A stretch of DNA of 64,000 nucleotides from an uncultured Ruficoccus sp. (GCA_965140785.1 OZ223484.1:64001-128000), one strand, 5' to 3'; positions 51,239 through 62,342 are shown, numbered from the stretch's first letter. Notes: a model not told the origin generated them from the sequence alone. Numbers and translations are program-made.

Positions 51239-52767
51239 GGTGTCTGCGAAAGGTAGGGCTCCTCGGCAAGCGGGAGCGGCTGCGGCCCCATGGGCGTGAT
51301 GACTTCGGCCTCGGGCGCGGGCGCCGTGTCGAAGTCGCCCCCGAGGGCGAGGTAGAGATTGATGCGGTTTTGTAGGCGTTGGTTGCGGGTGCTCAGCAAG
51401 TCGCTCTTGGAGGTGAAGGCACGCCGCTGCGACTCAAGCACGGTGATGATGTCGGTCAATCCACGCTGGTAGCTGGACCAAGCGGAGTTCTCCGCGCCGG
51501 TGTTTTCCTTCGAGGCCACTTCCAGGGCCTCGACCTGGCGCACGAGATAGGCTTCGGACTGGAGAGCGTTCTCGACCTCGGCGAAGGCCTCCAACGCCGT
51601 CTGTCCGTACTCGGCCAGGCGCTGCACTGCGATGGCCTTAGTCCGCTCGATGTTGGCGGAAATCTTGCGCCCCTGAAAAATCGGCTGCACGGCGTTACCC
51701 GCCAGCGACCAGACCGAGAAGCTGCCCGAGAGCAGTTCGCCCAGTTGGGCCGAGGAGTAGCCGTAGCTGCCGGTCAGGCTGATCGAGGGGAGCATCGCCT
51801 TGCGGGCCTCGCTGATGCGCTTGCCGGAGGCGGCGAGCTGCCGTTCGGCCACGATCAGGTCCGGGCGGCGCTCCAGCAGCTCGGAGGGCAGTCCGGCGGG
51901 GACCGACGCATAAACGACCGGCAGGCTCTCGGCCAGTTTAAGCTCATTGGAGGGATAGCGGCCCAAAAGGACTTCGAGATTGCGCACGGCGATGTCGCGG
52001 GCCTGGAGGCGGAACTCCAGGTTGGCCCCGGCGGAGGCGGCCTGGGCGCGGGCCAGGCGCAGGTCCAGTGCCGGGCTGACGCCGCGCTCGAAGCGCCGCT
52101 GGATCACCTCGGCGGTGTCGGAAAAGCTGTCGTAGGTCTCCTGCGCGAGGTTGACCTGGAGCTGCGCCTCCACGGCGTTAAACCACGCCTTGGCCGTCTG
52201 CCCGGCCAGCGACAGACGCGCCCCCTGGTAGGTGGCGGCAGCCGCCTGGGCATCGGCCAGGGCGGCGGAGGCCCCGTCGCGGACCTTGCCCCAGATGTCC
52301 AGCTCCCAGGAGAGATCGAATCCGAGGTTGTAGTTGTTGCTGTGATAGGACTGGGTGCCCAGCCCTCCCACGCCGCTCGACCCAATGCCCGAGCCGCTGA
52401 AATTATTCTTCTGACGGCTGCCGCCGAAGCCGGCGTTGATCTGAGGCCAGGCGTTGGCTCCGGCCATGGCGGCGTCGGCCTCGGCCAACTGGAGCCGGGC
52501 GGCGGTGGCCTGAAGGTCGAAGTTGCTCGTGACCGCCTCCTCCACGAGCGCGGTCAGCACCGGATCGTCGAGATCGGCCAGCCACCCGTCCGCGAACAGC
52601 CGACGACCCGCCGGACCCGGTTCGGCCTCGGGCGTGCCCAATCCCTCGTACTCGGCGGTCCAGGTCGCCGCCACCGGGGCGGGCATTTGGTCCACCTCGC
52701 TCTCGGGCGGAGTCGCGCAACCGCCCAGGACGAGCGCGCACACGGTAAAGGCGGGCCAGCGTTTCAC
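51235..52767 (-). CDS. Outer-membrane efflux lipoprotein (NodT/OprM family)
   Basis: LGGC lipobox, SWELDIWG, PSELLERRPD, LYLALGG; GTG start overlaps the TetR stop. Confidence 0.94.
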   Translation of the reverse strand: MKRWPAFTVCALVLGGCATPPESEVDQMPAPVAATWTAEYEGLGTPEAEPGPAGRRLFADGWLADLDDPVLTALVEEAVTSNFDLQATAARLQLAEADAAMAGANAWPQINAGFGGSRQKNNFSGSGIGSSGVGGLGTQSYHSNNYNLGFDLSWELDIWGKVRDGASAALADAQAAAATYQGARLSLAGQTAKAWFNAVEAQLQVNLAQETYDSFSDTAEVIQRRFERGVSPALDLRLARAQAASAGANLEFRLQARDIAVRNLEVLLGRYPSNELKLAESLPVVYASVPAGLPSELLERRPDLIVAERQLAASGKRISEARKAMLPSISLTGSYGYSSAQLGELLSGSFSVWSLAGNAVQPIFQGRKISANIERTKAIAVQRLAEYGQTALEAFAEVENALQSEAYLVRQVEALEVASKENTGAENSAWSSYQRGLTDIITVLESQRRAFTSKSDLLSTRNQRLQNRINLYLALGGDFDTAPAPEAEVITPMGPQPLPLAEEPYLSQTP

Positions 52768-53420
52768 GCGCCACCCTCCTCTGGCTGGGACAGATTTCCC
52801 CGGCATCCCGCACAGATAAAATCACGCAGCCGCTCGATCAGACCGCCCATGTCGCGGATATCGAACCCCGCGCATAAGCCCCGGTCAAGCCGGTGGTACT
52901 GCGCGAGCGAACCCAGGGTGGTGGAAATGGCGAAGTGGAAGCGCAGCCGAAGCTCCGCCGGGGGCAGCTCCGGCAACGCCCGGGCCAGCTCCGCCTGAAA
53001 GGCTTCCGCCACGTCCTTGAAAAACGTGTCCATGATCGCGTGGTAAAACTCGTCCGACTCGCCCATGAAGCGCCCGATCATCCGCAGAAAAACCGGGTTG
53101 GGCTGGCCGTTGAGGGAGGCGAGCCGCCCCACTGGGAGCAGGAAGGCATCGAAAATGGCTTCCAGGGTCAAGACGCCCCCGCCCGCCGCCTGCCGGGCAC
53201 GCTCCAGCCGCTCCATCCGCTCGCGGTTAAGCGGCTCGATGATGCTCCGGCTCATTTCCATCAGCAGCTCACGCTTGGAGCCGAAGTGATAGTTGACCGC
53301 CGCCAGGTTCACACCCGCGGCCGCCGTCAGCGCCCGCAGAGACGTGCCGTCGAACCCGCTCTGCGCATAGCACTGCTGAGCGGCTTCGAGGAGGCGGTCT
53401 TTGGTCGAAGCGGGAAGCAT
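52764..53420 (-). CDS. TetR family regulator (PsrA-like)
   Basis: GFDGTSLRALTAAAGVNLAAVNYHFGSK. Confidence 0.92.
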   Translation of the reverse strand: MLPASTKDRLLEAAQQCYAQSGFDGTSLRALTAAAGVNLAAVNYHFGSKRELLMEMSRSIIEPLNRERMERLERARQAAGGGVLTLEAIFDAFLLPVGRLASLNGQPNPVFLRMIGRFMGESDEFYHAIMDTFFKDVAEAFQAELARALPELPPAELRLRFHFAISTTLGSLAQYHRLDRGLCAGFDIRDMGGLIERLRDFICAGCRGNLSQPEEGGA

Positions 53421-53465
53421 AAACAATCGTATGAAACATACGTTTGAATTAGGGCCGTCTGTCAA
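53421..53465 (-). promoter_or_regulatory. Putative TetR operator (PsrA-box-like) and -35 element
   Basis: GAAAC-ATAC-GTTTG at 53433-53446 plus a second degenerate box; TTGACA on the minus strand at 53460-53465. Confidence 0.6.
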
Positions 53466-53612
53466 GCCCCTTTCGGGCACTCACAGAAAACAAAGATATC
53501 TCGGCGCCGGCTCATATCTCACGTCCGCGATTAAGAAAGAAAGGCGTTCTGCCGATAGGGGCGCGACGACATTTGATTTGAAGATTTTGATTCTTAACCT
53601 ATGTATAAAGCT

Positions 53613-54095
53613 ATGAATACGTTCCGGAACCGTCTCCTCACTCTCTGTTTTCTCGCCGGCGGTCTTTTTCTGACTGCCTGTCAGCCTCCCCAGGTCCAGT
53701 ATTACCCGCTGAACAACCCGACCGGCTCCGGCTCGTCTTCTGCTCCGGCCACCGCCGCAGCCCCCGTTGATCCAGCCGACGTGGTCATCTACGTGGCCAA
53801 GCAGCCCTCCCAGCCTTACCACGAAATGGGCATCCTGGCCTTCACCAGCGCCTCCAACCAGCCCAACGAGGCCGCCATCTATCAGAAGTTCCGCGAAAAG
53901 GCCGCCGAGATCGGTGCCGACGCCGTCATCATCCTGCCTTCGCGCGAGCAGAACGAAAGCTTCTGGCAGACGACTGGCTACCCGTATGACTGGTACTACG
54001 GCTACGGTTACGGCGGTGTGGGCTACAGCTCCGGCTACTCCACGGACTACACGACCTTCCGTGGGCTCGCCGTCCAGTTCACTCACAACAAGTAG
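53613..54095 (+). CDS. Hypothetical lipoprotein (YbjQ-like fold possible)
   Basis: LTAC lipobox; REKAAEIGADAVII motif. Confidence 0.78.
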   Translation: MNTFRNRLLTLCFLAGGLFLTACQPPQVQYYPLNNPTGSGSSSAPATAAAPVDPADVVIYVAKQPSQPYHEMGILAFTSASNQPNEAAIYQKFREKAAEIGADAVIILPSREQNESFWQTTGYPYDWYYGYGYGGVGYSSGYSTDYTTFRGLAVQFTHNK

Positions 54096-54171
54096 GCCCC
54101 CTTCAGGCGGCCCGCCCCTCCGGCGGAGGGAACTTTTGAAAGGCGTGGGCGTCTGAGCCGACAGACCTGAT

Positions 54172-56275
54172 ATGCGTTGTTTTGCCATTATCGCCCTGAG
54201 CCTTCTGCTCCTGCCGACGGCTTGGGGCTTCAAGCGCCCCGCCGAGTCTCAGCACACCCGGATCGAACTGGTCTCGGAGACCAACAGCCTCGCCCCCGGC
54301 TCGACCGGCTGGCTGGCGCTCCGCATGGAGATGGACCCAGGCTGGCACACCTACTGGATCAATCCGGGCGAATTCGGCGAAACGACCAAGATCACCTGGC
54401 ACCACCTGCCCGCGGGGGTCGAGATCGGCCCCATCCGCTGGCCGGCCCCGCACCTGTACGAACAGAGCGGGATCATCAACTATGTCTTCGAGGATGAGGC
54501 CTTCCTGCTCATGCCCATCACGCTGGGCAAAGACTTTCAGGGCGCGGCCCTCGCGCTCACTGGCGACGTAACCTGGCTCGAGTGCGACGAAAACCAGTGC
54601 GTCCCCGGTAAGGGCACCGTCTCTCTCACCCTGCCAGCACGCGCCGGTGCACCTGCCCCCTCGAAGTGGGTGCCCGCTCTCGAGCAGGCTCGCCAGCACT
54701 GGCCACAGGACCTCTCCGCCCAATGGAGCATTTCCGCCCACGGGACCGACGCGGGCTTCGTGCTGACGTTAACCCCCGCTCGAAGGGGCCAACCCCGCGC
54801 CCGAGGGGGTGTATTTCTTTTCGCGCCAGCCGGTCGTTGCCCCGGCTCAGCCGCAGGTGTTTAAACAGACCGACGCGGGCACCTTCACCCTCGAACTCGT
54901 CCGCAGCGAATACGCCCCGGACAGTGTGACCACCCTGAACGGTGTCCTCCGCGCCAAAAACGGCTGGCTCTCCGACGGCGGACCCACCGCCATGGCCGTC
55001 CAGGTCAAGCTGAGCGCAGAAGGGGCAGCGGGTGCGAAAGCCGCCCCGGCAGGCGACGGCACCACCTCCGCGCAAACACCGCTGGGCGTGTTGATCGGCT
55101 TCGCCTTCCTGGGCGGACTCATCCTGAATCTGATGCCCTGCGTCTTCCCGGTGCTGGGGCTGAAGATCATGGGCTTCGTCAAGCAGGGGGGCGAAAGCCG
55201 GGGCCGGATTTTCGCCCACGGGCTGGTTTACACCCTCGGCGTGCTGATCAGCTTCTGGGCGCTGGCCGCGGTTCTGCTCATTCTGCGGGCCGGGGGCGAA
55301 CAGCTCGGCTGGGGCTTCCAACTCCAGTCCACCGGCTTCGTGCTGGCCATGACGGTCGTGCTGCTGGCCTTTGGCCTGAACATGAGCGGCATCTTCGAGG
55401 TCGGCATGTCCGCGGTCGGCGTCGGCAGCTCCCTCACGGCCAAGTCCGGCCTGGGCGGATCGTTCTTCTCCGGCATACTGGCCACGCTGGTGGCCACCCC
55501 CTGCGCGGCCCCGTTTCTGGCCCCGGCGCTGGGCGCCGCACTGGCCCTGCCCGCCACCCAGTCGGTGCTGCTCTTTACCGTGATCGGGCTCGGCCTGAGC
55601 TTTCCGTATTTGTTTTTCAGCCTCGTCCCCCGGCTGGCCAAAGCCCTCCCCCGCCCCGGCGCGTGGATGGACACGTTTAAGAAATGGCTGTCGTTCCTGC
55701 TCTATGCCACGGTCGCCTACCTGGTGTGGATTCTGGCCGGACTGGTCGAGCCGGAGCGCTTCCTCAACCTGCTTTTCGCGCTGGTCGGCGTGGCGCTGGC
55801 CTGCTGGCTCTACGGCCACTATGGCGCGCTCAGCAGCAAGCGCCGCGGCCTCGGCATCGCCGGAGCGCTAATCGTGCTGGCCGCTTCGCTCGGGCTGGGT
55901 TTCTACTCGCCCTCGAAGGACATCGTCTGGCAAAAGTGGTCGCCCGAGCTGGTGGAAAAACTCCAGGCCGAGGACCGGATCGTTTACGTGGACTTCACTG
56001 CCCGCTGGTGCGCCACCTGCCAGGTCAACAAGCGCGTGGTCTTCGGCTCGGACGCGGTGCTGGCCGCGATGAAAAAGGACGACGTCGCCCTGCTCAAGGC
56101 CGACTGGACCGCGCAGGACCCGGCCATCACCGCCGCGTTGGCCAGCTTCGGCAAGTCCGCTGTTCCCTTTAATGTCATTTACTCGCCCCACCTGAAGGAG
56201 CCTCTGGAGCTGCCCTCCCTGCTCACGCCCGACATCGTCCTGAAAGCGCTCGATGAGGCCGCGGGCAGGGACTGA
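54172..56275 (+). CDS. DsbD family thiol:disulfide interchange protein; apparent +1 frameshift in the C-run at ~54775
   Basis: GWHTYWINPG, ECDENQC, LNLMPCVFPVL, ATPCAAP, FTARWCATC. Confidence 0.88.
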
Positions 56276-56400
56276 CCCTTTTTCAGAACAGGAAAAAGCA
56301 GCCGCCCGTGCTGCTCCACGCCGGGTGTCACTACGATTTAACAGCGGGGGGCGCATTTCGGGATGGCGTGCGCAGGCGAAAGGCTTTTAATCCGTCGGCG

Positions 56401-58548
56401 ATGGCAATGGCTAACAACGCCGATCACGCGGGTCCGGCGACTGAGAGCGACCTTCCCAGTCTGGCAGGTCATCGTCACGCCATCGCCGGAACCCTCGCCC
56501 TGGAGGCCGTCCAGCAGGAGTTCACCAAGCACCGGTTCAAGTTCATCGCGGTGACGGAAAACGGCCGGGCCATCGGACTGTGCTCGCGGGACAAGATCAA
56601 TGAAAAGCTCGGCTCGCGCTTCGGCTTCTCCATCTACTCGAAGCGCCCGGTACGCGACCACATGCTGGCCCACCCGGAGATTGTCACCGTCTCGACCGAC
56701 ATTCACACCGTGCTCAAGAAGGTTTTCTCCCGCCCCACCGAGCGTCTCTATGAGGACATCCTCGTGGTGGACAAGGAGCAGCGACTGGTCGGGCTGATCG
56801 CGGTGGACACGCTGATTCAGCTCCAAAACCGCCTGCTGGCCGACAAAATCCGCCTGCTGGAGCAGAACCAGCTCACCCTGCACGAGCAGAAGGCCAAGCT
56901 CGAATCCCTCACCGACCAGCTCGAAGCGGCCAACACCGAGCTTTCCCTCGCCCGCGACGACGCCCTCGAAGGTACCCGGCTCAAGTCCGAGTTTCTCGCC
57001 AACATGAGCCACGAGATCCGCACCCCGATGAACGGCATCGTCGGCATGATCAGCCTGCTCATGGAGACCGGGCTGAACGAGGAACAGGAGCACTTCGCCA
57101 CCACCGTGCAAAAGAGCGCCGATGCCCTGCTCAGCATCATCAACGACATTCTGGACTTTTCCAAGATCGAGGCCGGCAAGCTCGAGATCAACCCCGAGGA
57201 CACGCCCATCCGTGAATTGATCGAGGAGATCGTGCACATCCTGGCCGAGTCCGCCGCCCACAAACGGCTTGAGTTCATCCTCGACATCGACCCCGATGTG
57301 CCCGAGTGGCTGCGGACCGATTCGCTGCGCTACCGCCAGGTGCTGATCAACCTGCTGGGCAACGCGATCAAGTTCACCGAGAAGGGCGAAGTCGTGGTCA
57401 AGGTCCGCATCGAGCGCGACGCCTACCGCGGTCTTTTCCTGCGCACCGAGGTTCACGACTCGGGCATCGGCATCTCCCGGCCCAGTCAGGACCGGCTGTT
57501 TCAGGCCTTTATCCAGGGCGACGGCTCCACCAACCGCAGGTACGGCGGCACCGGTCTGGGGCTGGCCATCTCTCGCAAGCTGGTCACGCTGATGGAGGGA
57601 TTCATGGGCTGCGAAAGCGCCAAGGGGCAGGGCGCGACCTTCTGGTTCGACCTGCCGCTGGGCGGCAGCGGCCCCACCGAAGCGCGTCCCATCCACTACA
57701 CCCTGCCCGCGGGTCTGCGGACGCTGGTGGTGGACGACCATGCGGTGGCCCGCGACATTCTCTGCCGCCAGCTCGCCCTACTCGGCCTCACGGCTCAGAG
57801 CGCCGAGAGCGGAGCCGCCGGGCTGCGCACCATCCGCGAGGCCTACCAGCGCGGGGAACCCTTCGACTATGTGCTGCTCGATCTGGACATGCCTGAGATG
57901 GACGGCCTTGAGGTGTGCCGGCACATTTCCCAGGACCCCGATCTGGACGAGTTGCGCGTCATCCTGCTGACCACCGTCGGCCAGAGCTCGAACCGGCGTA
58001 AGTTCAGCGAATTCGGCATCAACAAGACCCTTTATAAGCCCGTCTGCCCGTCCGACCTGGAACAGGTCCTGCACAGCCTTAAGCCCGAACAGGCGGCCAG
58101 CGCGCGGCAGCCCCGGCCCGGAAATGAGCCACCCGCCCCAGCCTCTCTCCCCCGGCTTGCGCCCATGCGCATCCTTCTGGCCGAGGACAGCGAAGCCAAC
58201 CAGGAGGTCGCCATCCGCATCCTGGAAAAGCTCGGCTGCGAGGTCTTTCTGGCGGTGGACGGCAACCAGGCGCTCGACCTGCTGCGGGCGGGCGAGTTCG
58301 ACTGCATTTTAATGGATTGTCAGATGCCCCGGCTCGACGGCTACGCGGCCACCCGCGCCATCCGCGAGGGCTACCACGGCATCCTGCAAAAGGACATTCA
58401 CATCATCGCCATGACCGCGCACGCCATGCAGGGCGATAAACAGAAATGCCTCCAGGCCGGTATGAACGACTACCTGAGCAAGCCCGTTACCCTCCAGCGC
58501 GTGGCCGAGACTCTCAGCCACTTCCAGCACAACCGGCAGAAGCGGTAG
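56401..58548 (+). CDS. Hybrid histidine kinase: CBS pair, HisKA, HATPase and two receiver domains
   Basis: ANMSHEIRTPMNG, NLLGNAIKFT, GGTGLGL, LLDLDMP, LMDCQMP; N-terminus is CBS-like with no TM helix. Confidence 0.9.
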   Translation: MAMANNADHAGPATESDLPSLAGHRHAIAGTLALEAVQQEFTKHRFKFIAVTENGRAIGLCSRDKINEKLGSRFGFSIYSKRPVRDHMLAHPEIVTVSTDIHTVLKKVFSRPTERLYEDILVVDKEQRLVGLIAVDTLIQLQNRLLADKIRLLEQNQLTLHEQKAKLESLTDQLEAANTELSLARDDALEGTRLKSEFLANMSHEIRTPMNGIVGMISLLMETGLNEEQEHFATTVQKSADALLSIINDILDFSKIEAGKLEINPEDTPIRELIEEIVHILAESAAHKRLEFILDIDPDVPEWLRTDSLRYRQVLINLLGNAIKFTEKGEVVVKVRIERDAYRGLFLRTEVHDSGIGISRPSQDRLFQAFIQGDGSTNRRYGGTGLGLAISRKLVTLMEGFMGCESAKGQGATFWFDLPLGGSGPTEARPIHYTLPAGLRTLVVDDHAVARDILCRQLALLGLTAQSAESGAAGLRTIREAYQRGEPFDYVLLDLDMPEMDGLEVCRHISQDPDLDELRVILLTTVGQSSNRRKFSEFGINKTLYKPVCPSDLEQVLHSLKPEQAASARQPRPGNEPPAPASLPRLAPMRILLAEDSEANQEVAIRILEKLGCEVFLAVDGNQALDLLRAGEFDCILMDCQMPRLDGYAATRAIREGYHGILQKDIHIIAMTAHAMQGDKQKCLQAGMNDYLSKPVTLQRVAETLSHFQHNRQKR

Positions 58549-58566
58549 CGTAATTTAAATAAGAGC

Positions 58567-58605
58567 GGTCACGAAGAGCACAAAGAAGGCACGGAGGGCA
58601 CGAAG
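58567..58605. repeat. Solo arm of the CAC(G/A)AAG periodic repeat
   Basis: GGTCACGAAGAGCACAAAGAAGGCACGGAGGGCACGAAG is similar to 46633-46671. Confidence 0.75.
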
Positions 58606-58835
58606 TAGCAGGACAGAGTCCTGCACCTGTGATGCTTCCGCATCACTGATGCCGCCGCCAACGCGGCTGCATGGGCAACCCGTGATTGACGCCGGCTCAA
58701 ACGAACTTCGCCAAGCACCACCTGCGGGAGGCGCGAAACCTGAAGGCAAATTGGTATTGACTACAAGTATTTCCCGGTAGAGCCCGGGTGGCTTCGTTTA
58801 AACCGCTTAAAAAAACGCTGAGGCCATTCACCCCG

Positions 58836-59207
58836 CTACCGCAGGAAGACAACGCTGACCACGAGGTTGACCATCATGCCCATGCGGATGGCCCCCTCCA
58901 GCGTCATGATGACCAGCGCCCATCGCAGCCCGGCCATCCGCCGCAGGCCCATGGCGAGAACCGTCACGGTCAGCATGATCATGCCTTGCAGGCCGCCCCA
59001 GGGGCTGAACATCAGCGCCGCCAGATACACCCACAGCGCCAGCCGAAACGCCAGCCACAGCGCGGACACCCACTCGGGCGGTCGCCGTTCGCTCTCCAGC
59101 GGATGCGTCCCGCTGCGAATCTGCCGGATGCCGATGTAGCGCTCCACCAGGACAAGCTGCACCAGCTCGAACAGGATGAAGACCGGCGCCAGCATGACGA
59201 TAAACAT
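58836..59207 (-). CDS. Hypothetical membrane protein (123 aa)
   Basis: About four hydrophobic segments; host-like codon usage. Confidence 0.7.
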   Translation of the reverse strand: MFIVMLAPVFILFELVQLVLVERYIGIRQIRSGTHPLESERRPPEWVSALWLAFRLALWVYLAALMFSPWGGLQGMIMLTVTVLAMGLRRMAGLRWALVIMTLEGAIRMGMMVNLVVSVVFLR

Positions 59208-59371
59208 GACCCCTTACCCTTAGCCGGATTCGCCCCACGCGGCAAGGCCACGCGCCGGAAACTTCGCGAAGGGCTCCGGCACCCTTTTCAACTCCGGCTT
59301 GACCTCGGCGGCGGTTCGGCCTCAATTTACCCGTTTCCCAACAACCGATTTTCAACCACGAAGTAACCACC

Positions 59372-61246
59372 ATGTCCACCCAAGCACCCGAAACCCACGA
59401 ATTCCAGGCCGAGGTCAAACAGGTCCTCGATATCGTCGTCCACTCCCTCTACACGGACAAGGACATCTTCGTCCGCGAACTTGTCTCCAACGCCTCCGAC
59501 GCGCTGGAAAAGCTGCGCCACACGCAGTTGACCGAGCAGGACATCCTCGATGACAACCTCGGGCTGGAGATTAACATCACCACCGACGACAAGGCCAACA
59601 CGATCACCATCCAGGACTTCGGCATCGGCATGACCCGCGACGAGCTGGTGGAGAACCTCGGCACCATCGCCCACTCCGGCTCGAAGGCGTTCCTCAATGC
59701 GATCAAGGAAAACGGCGGCATGAACGAGAACCTGATCGGCCAGTTCGGCGTCGGCTTCTACAGCGTTTTCATGGTGGCCAAAGAGGTGAAGGTCTATACC
59801 CGCTCCTGGAAAAAAGACAGCGAGGGCTTCCTGTGGACTTCCGACGGTTCGGGCAAATACACCCTCGAACCGGCCGAGGGCCAGCGCCGCGGGACGAAGA
59901 TCGTCATCGCCCTTCAGGACGAGTACAAGGAGTTCGCCCAGGAAAGCCGCGTCAAGGACATCCTCGAGCGCTACTCCAGCTTCATCGAGTTCCCGGTCAA
60001 CCTCAATGGCGAGAAAGTCAACACGACCCAGGCCGTCTGGCTCAAGAACAAGAACGATGTATCCGAAGATGAATACAAGGAGTTCTACAAGTTCCAGGCC
60101 AAGGCGTTCGACGAGCCGATGGACTGGATGCACTTCTCCGCCGACGCGCCGCTGGCGGTCAACGCGTTGATCTACGTCCCCGGCTCGAATCCCGAGCTGC
60201 TGGGCTTCGGGCGTACCGAGCCCGCCGTGGCCCTGCACTGCCGCAAGATTCTCATCGACCCCGAGCCGCCGGAGCTGCTACCCGAGTGGCTGCGCTTCCT
60301 CAAGGGCGTGGTCGATTCGGCCGACTTGCCGCTGAATATTTCGCGCGAGTCGATGCAGGACAGCTCGCTGGTCAAGCGCCTGGGCGAAGTCATCAGCAAG
60401 CGCTTCATCAAGCACCTGGCCGAGGTTTCGCGCAAGGACGCCGAGAAGTTTGAAAAGATCTGGCGCACCTTCGGCGTGTTCCTCAAGGAAGGCGTGGCCA
60501 CGGACTTCACCCACCGCGAAAAGCTCTCCGAGCTGCTGCGCTTCGAGTCCTCCGAGACCGAGCCGGGTAAGCTGACCAGCCTCCAGGCCTACGTGGACCG
60601 CATGAAGGAGGACCAGAAGGCGATCTACTTCCTCGCCGGTCCCAGCCGCAAGGCCATCGAATCCGGCCCCTACCTGGAGGCCTTCAAGGCCCGCTCGCTG
60701 GAGGTGATCTACTGCCTGGAGCCGATCGACGACTTCGTCATGCAGCACCTGCGCCAGTTCAAGGAAAAGGAGCTGACCAGCGCCGATCAGGACGAGCTCG
60801 ACCTGGGCGACGCCACGAAGGAGGCCGAAGGTGAAGAACTGCCCCAGGAGCAGCTCGACGCCCTCTGCGCCTGGCTGAAGGAAACGCTCGGCGAGGACCG
60901 CGTGAAGGACGTCAGCGCCGGTAAGCGCCTGGTGGACAGCCCTGCGCTCGCGCTCAACGCCGACAAGATGATGACCTCCCACATGCGCCGCATGATGAAG
61001 GCCATGGCCCAGGCCCGCGGGGAAGACGCCGACAAGGACATGCCCACCCTCGTTAACCTTGAGCTCAACCCGCGCCACGGCCTGATCAAGCACCTCTGCG
61101 AACTCAAGGACAAGGACGCCGACACCGCGAAGCTCGTGGCCGAGCAGGTTTACGACAACGCGCTCATCTCCGCCGGAATGCTGGAGGACCCCCGCGCCAT
61201 GATCAACCGCCTGTACCAGTTACTGGAAAAGGTCGGACCGGCCTGA
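59372..61246 (+). CDS. htpG: Molecular chaperone HtpG (Hsp90)
   Basis: RELVSNASDA, GIGM, IGQFGVGFYS, DLPLNISRE. Confidence 0.98.
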   Translation: MSTQAPETHEFQAEVKQVLDIVVHSLYTDKDIFVRELVSNASDALEKLRHTQLTEQDILDDNLGLEINITTDDKANTITIQDFGIGMTRDELVENLGTIAHSGSKAFLNAIKENGGMNENLIGQFGVGFYSVFMVAKEVKVYTRSWKKDSEGFLWTSDGSGKYTLEPAEGQRRGTKIVIALQDEYKEFAQESRVKDILERYSSFIEFPVNLNGEKVNTTQAVWLKNKNDVSEDEYKEFYKFQAKAFDEPMDWMHFSADAPLAVNALIYVPGSNPELLGFGRTEPAVALHCRKILIDPEPPELLPEWLRFLKGVVDSADLPLNISRESMQDSSLVKRLGEVISKRFIKHLAEVSRKDAEKFEKIWRTFGVFLKEGVATDFTHREKLSELLRFESSETEPGKLTSLQAYVDRMKEDQKAIYFLAGPSRKAIESGPYLEAFKARSLEVIYCLEPIDDFVMQHLRQFKEKELTSADQDELDLGDATKEAEGEELPQEQLDALCAWLKETLGEDRVKDVSAGKRLVDSPALALNADKMMTSHMRRMMKAMAQARGEDADKDMPTLVNLELNPRHGLIKHLCELKDKDADTAKLVAEQVYDNALISAGMLEDPRAMINRLYQLLEKVGPA

Positions 61247-61274
61247 GCCAGCGTTTAGAGATTCAGTTTTACCC

Positions 61275-61304
61275 AAAGCCCGCGACTTAGCTCGCGGGCT
61301 TTTT
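61275..61304 (+). terminator. Intrinsic terminator after htpG
   Basis: AAAGCCCGCGA-CTTAGC-TCGCGGGCTTTTT. Confidence 0.88.
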
Positions 61305-61447
61305 CATGGACTCCGCACAATGGATGCGGAGGCCTATGGGGAGATAGCCGGCGGGAGCATCCGTTGTTATTCTGGGTGGGCGGCGCGAGGAAATCTCCGG
61401 CCCCGCTTCGGGCTTTCCATGCGGGCGGATTCCGTTAAGCTGAGGAA

Positions 61448-61927
61448 ATGAGATACGCCCCTCTTACCGCCATCGCCCTCCTCGTTCTGCTCAGCCTGAC
61501 CGGAGCCTCCCAGGCCCGGGGAGACACCAGCACGCCTTCCAACCAGCTATCCCTCAAGCAACTTCCCGAGCCTCTCAGCCAGAGCGTCTCCGCCTACCTG
61601 CGCGGCGGCAACAGCTCGGCGGTGACCACGCTTCTCAATAACTACCCGCTCGCGCGCAGCCGCGCGGGCTTCGCCAACAAGGTGCGGCAGGCTTTCGCTC
61701 AGGCCGAAAGCGATCTGAGCGTGCTGCTTCAGGTCGAGCCGATCTTTGTGCGCAGGATCACCGAGAGCTACCGCCAGTACTACCTGCTGTACTGCTACCG
61801 CGACGGGGTGCTCTTCGCCCGCTTCGACTTCTACCGCTCCGGGAACAATGACTACGTGGTCGATTGCGAGTTCTCGCGCGACCCGGATAAAATCCTCCCT
61901 CCGCTGAGCGAAAACGTGGAGTACTGA
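61448..61927 (+). CDS. Hypothetical secreted protein
   Basis: Signal peptide; RBS-like GAGG upstream. Confidence 0.72.
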   Translation: MRYAPLTAIALLVLLSLTGASQARGDTSTPSNQLSLKQLPEPLSQSVSAYLRGGNSSAVTTLLNNYPLARSRAGFANKVRQAFAQAESDLSVLLQVEPIFVRRITESYRQYYLLYCYRDGVLFARFDFYRSGNNDYVVDCEFSRDPDKILPPLSENVEY

Positions 61928-61964
61928 ACGCGATAGTCTGGCGTCAGATCATATCTTTCTCATC

Positions 61965-62342
61965 ATGAAACCCCAGTCACTTATGCTCAGTCTCCTTCTC
62001 TTGCTGCCGCTCAGCGGCTGCACGGAGAAGAAAACCGATACCCCTTCTGCCCCTCCACCTTCGGCGCTACCCTACAGCGCCCATCTGGAGCTGCAGCTCG
62101 GACAGCCGGTGATTCTACAATTCAGGCGCGACGCCCTTGGAGTCGCAACCCAAAACGGCATCAGCCCGGACACCGACATCTACAATGGTGCCCGAATGTC
62201 GATCAAAGGGGTGTTGAAAGCCGTCGAAGCCCACGGGGTCATTGTAAAAACTCACCCCAAAGCACAAACCTGTTGGGTGCCCTGGGAGGCGGTCTTGCTC
62301 ATTCGCACTGACGACAAGTCTTCCGCAAGTGCGCCACAATAA
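61965..62342 (+). CDS. Hypothetical lipoprotein
   Basis: LSGC lipobox. Confidence 0.72.
   Translation: MKPQSLMLSLLLLLPLSGCTEKKTDTPSAPPPSALPYSAHLELQLGQPVILQFRRDALGVATQNGISPDTDIYNGARMSIKGVLKAVEAHGVIVKTHPKAQTCWVPWEAVLLIRTDDKSSASAPQ

Noticed and set aside
58606..58790. Riboswitch or ncRNA in the gap after the hybrid kinase
   Set aside because: It lies between convergent 3' ends, and I could not match any known motif.
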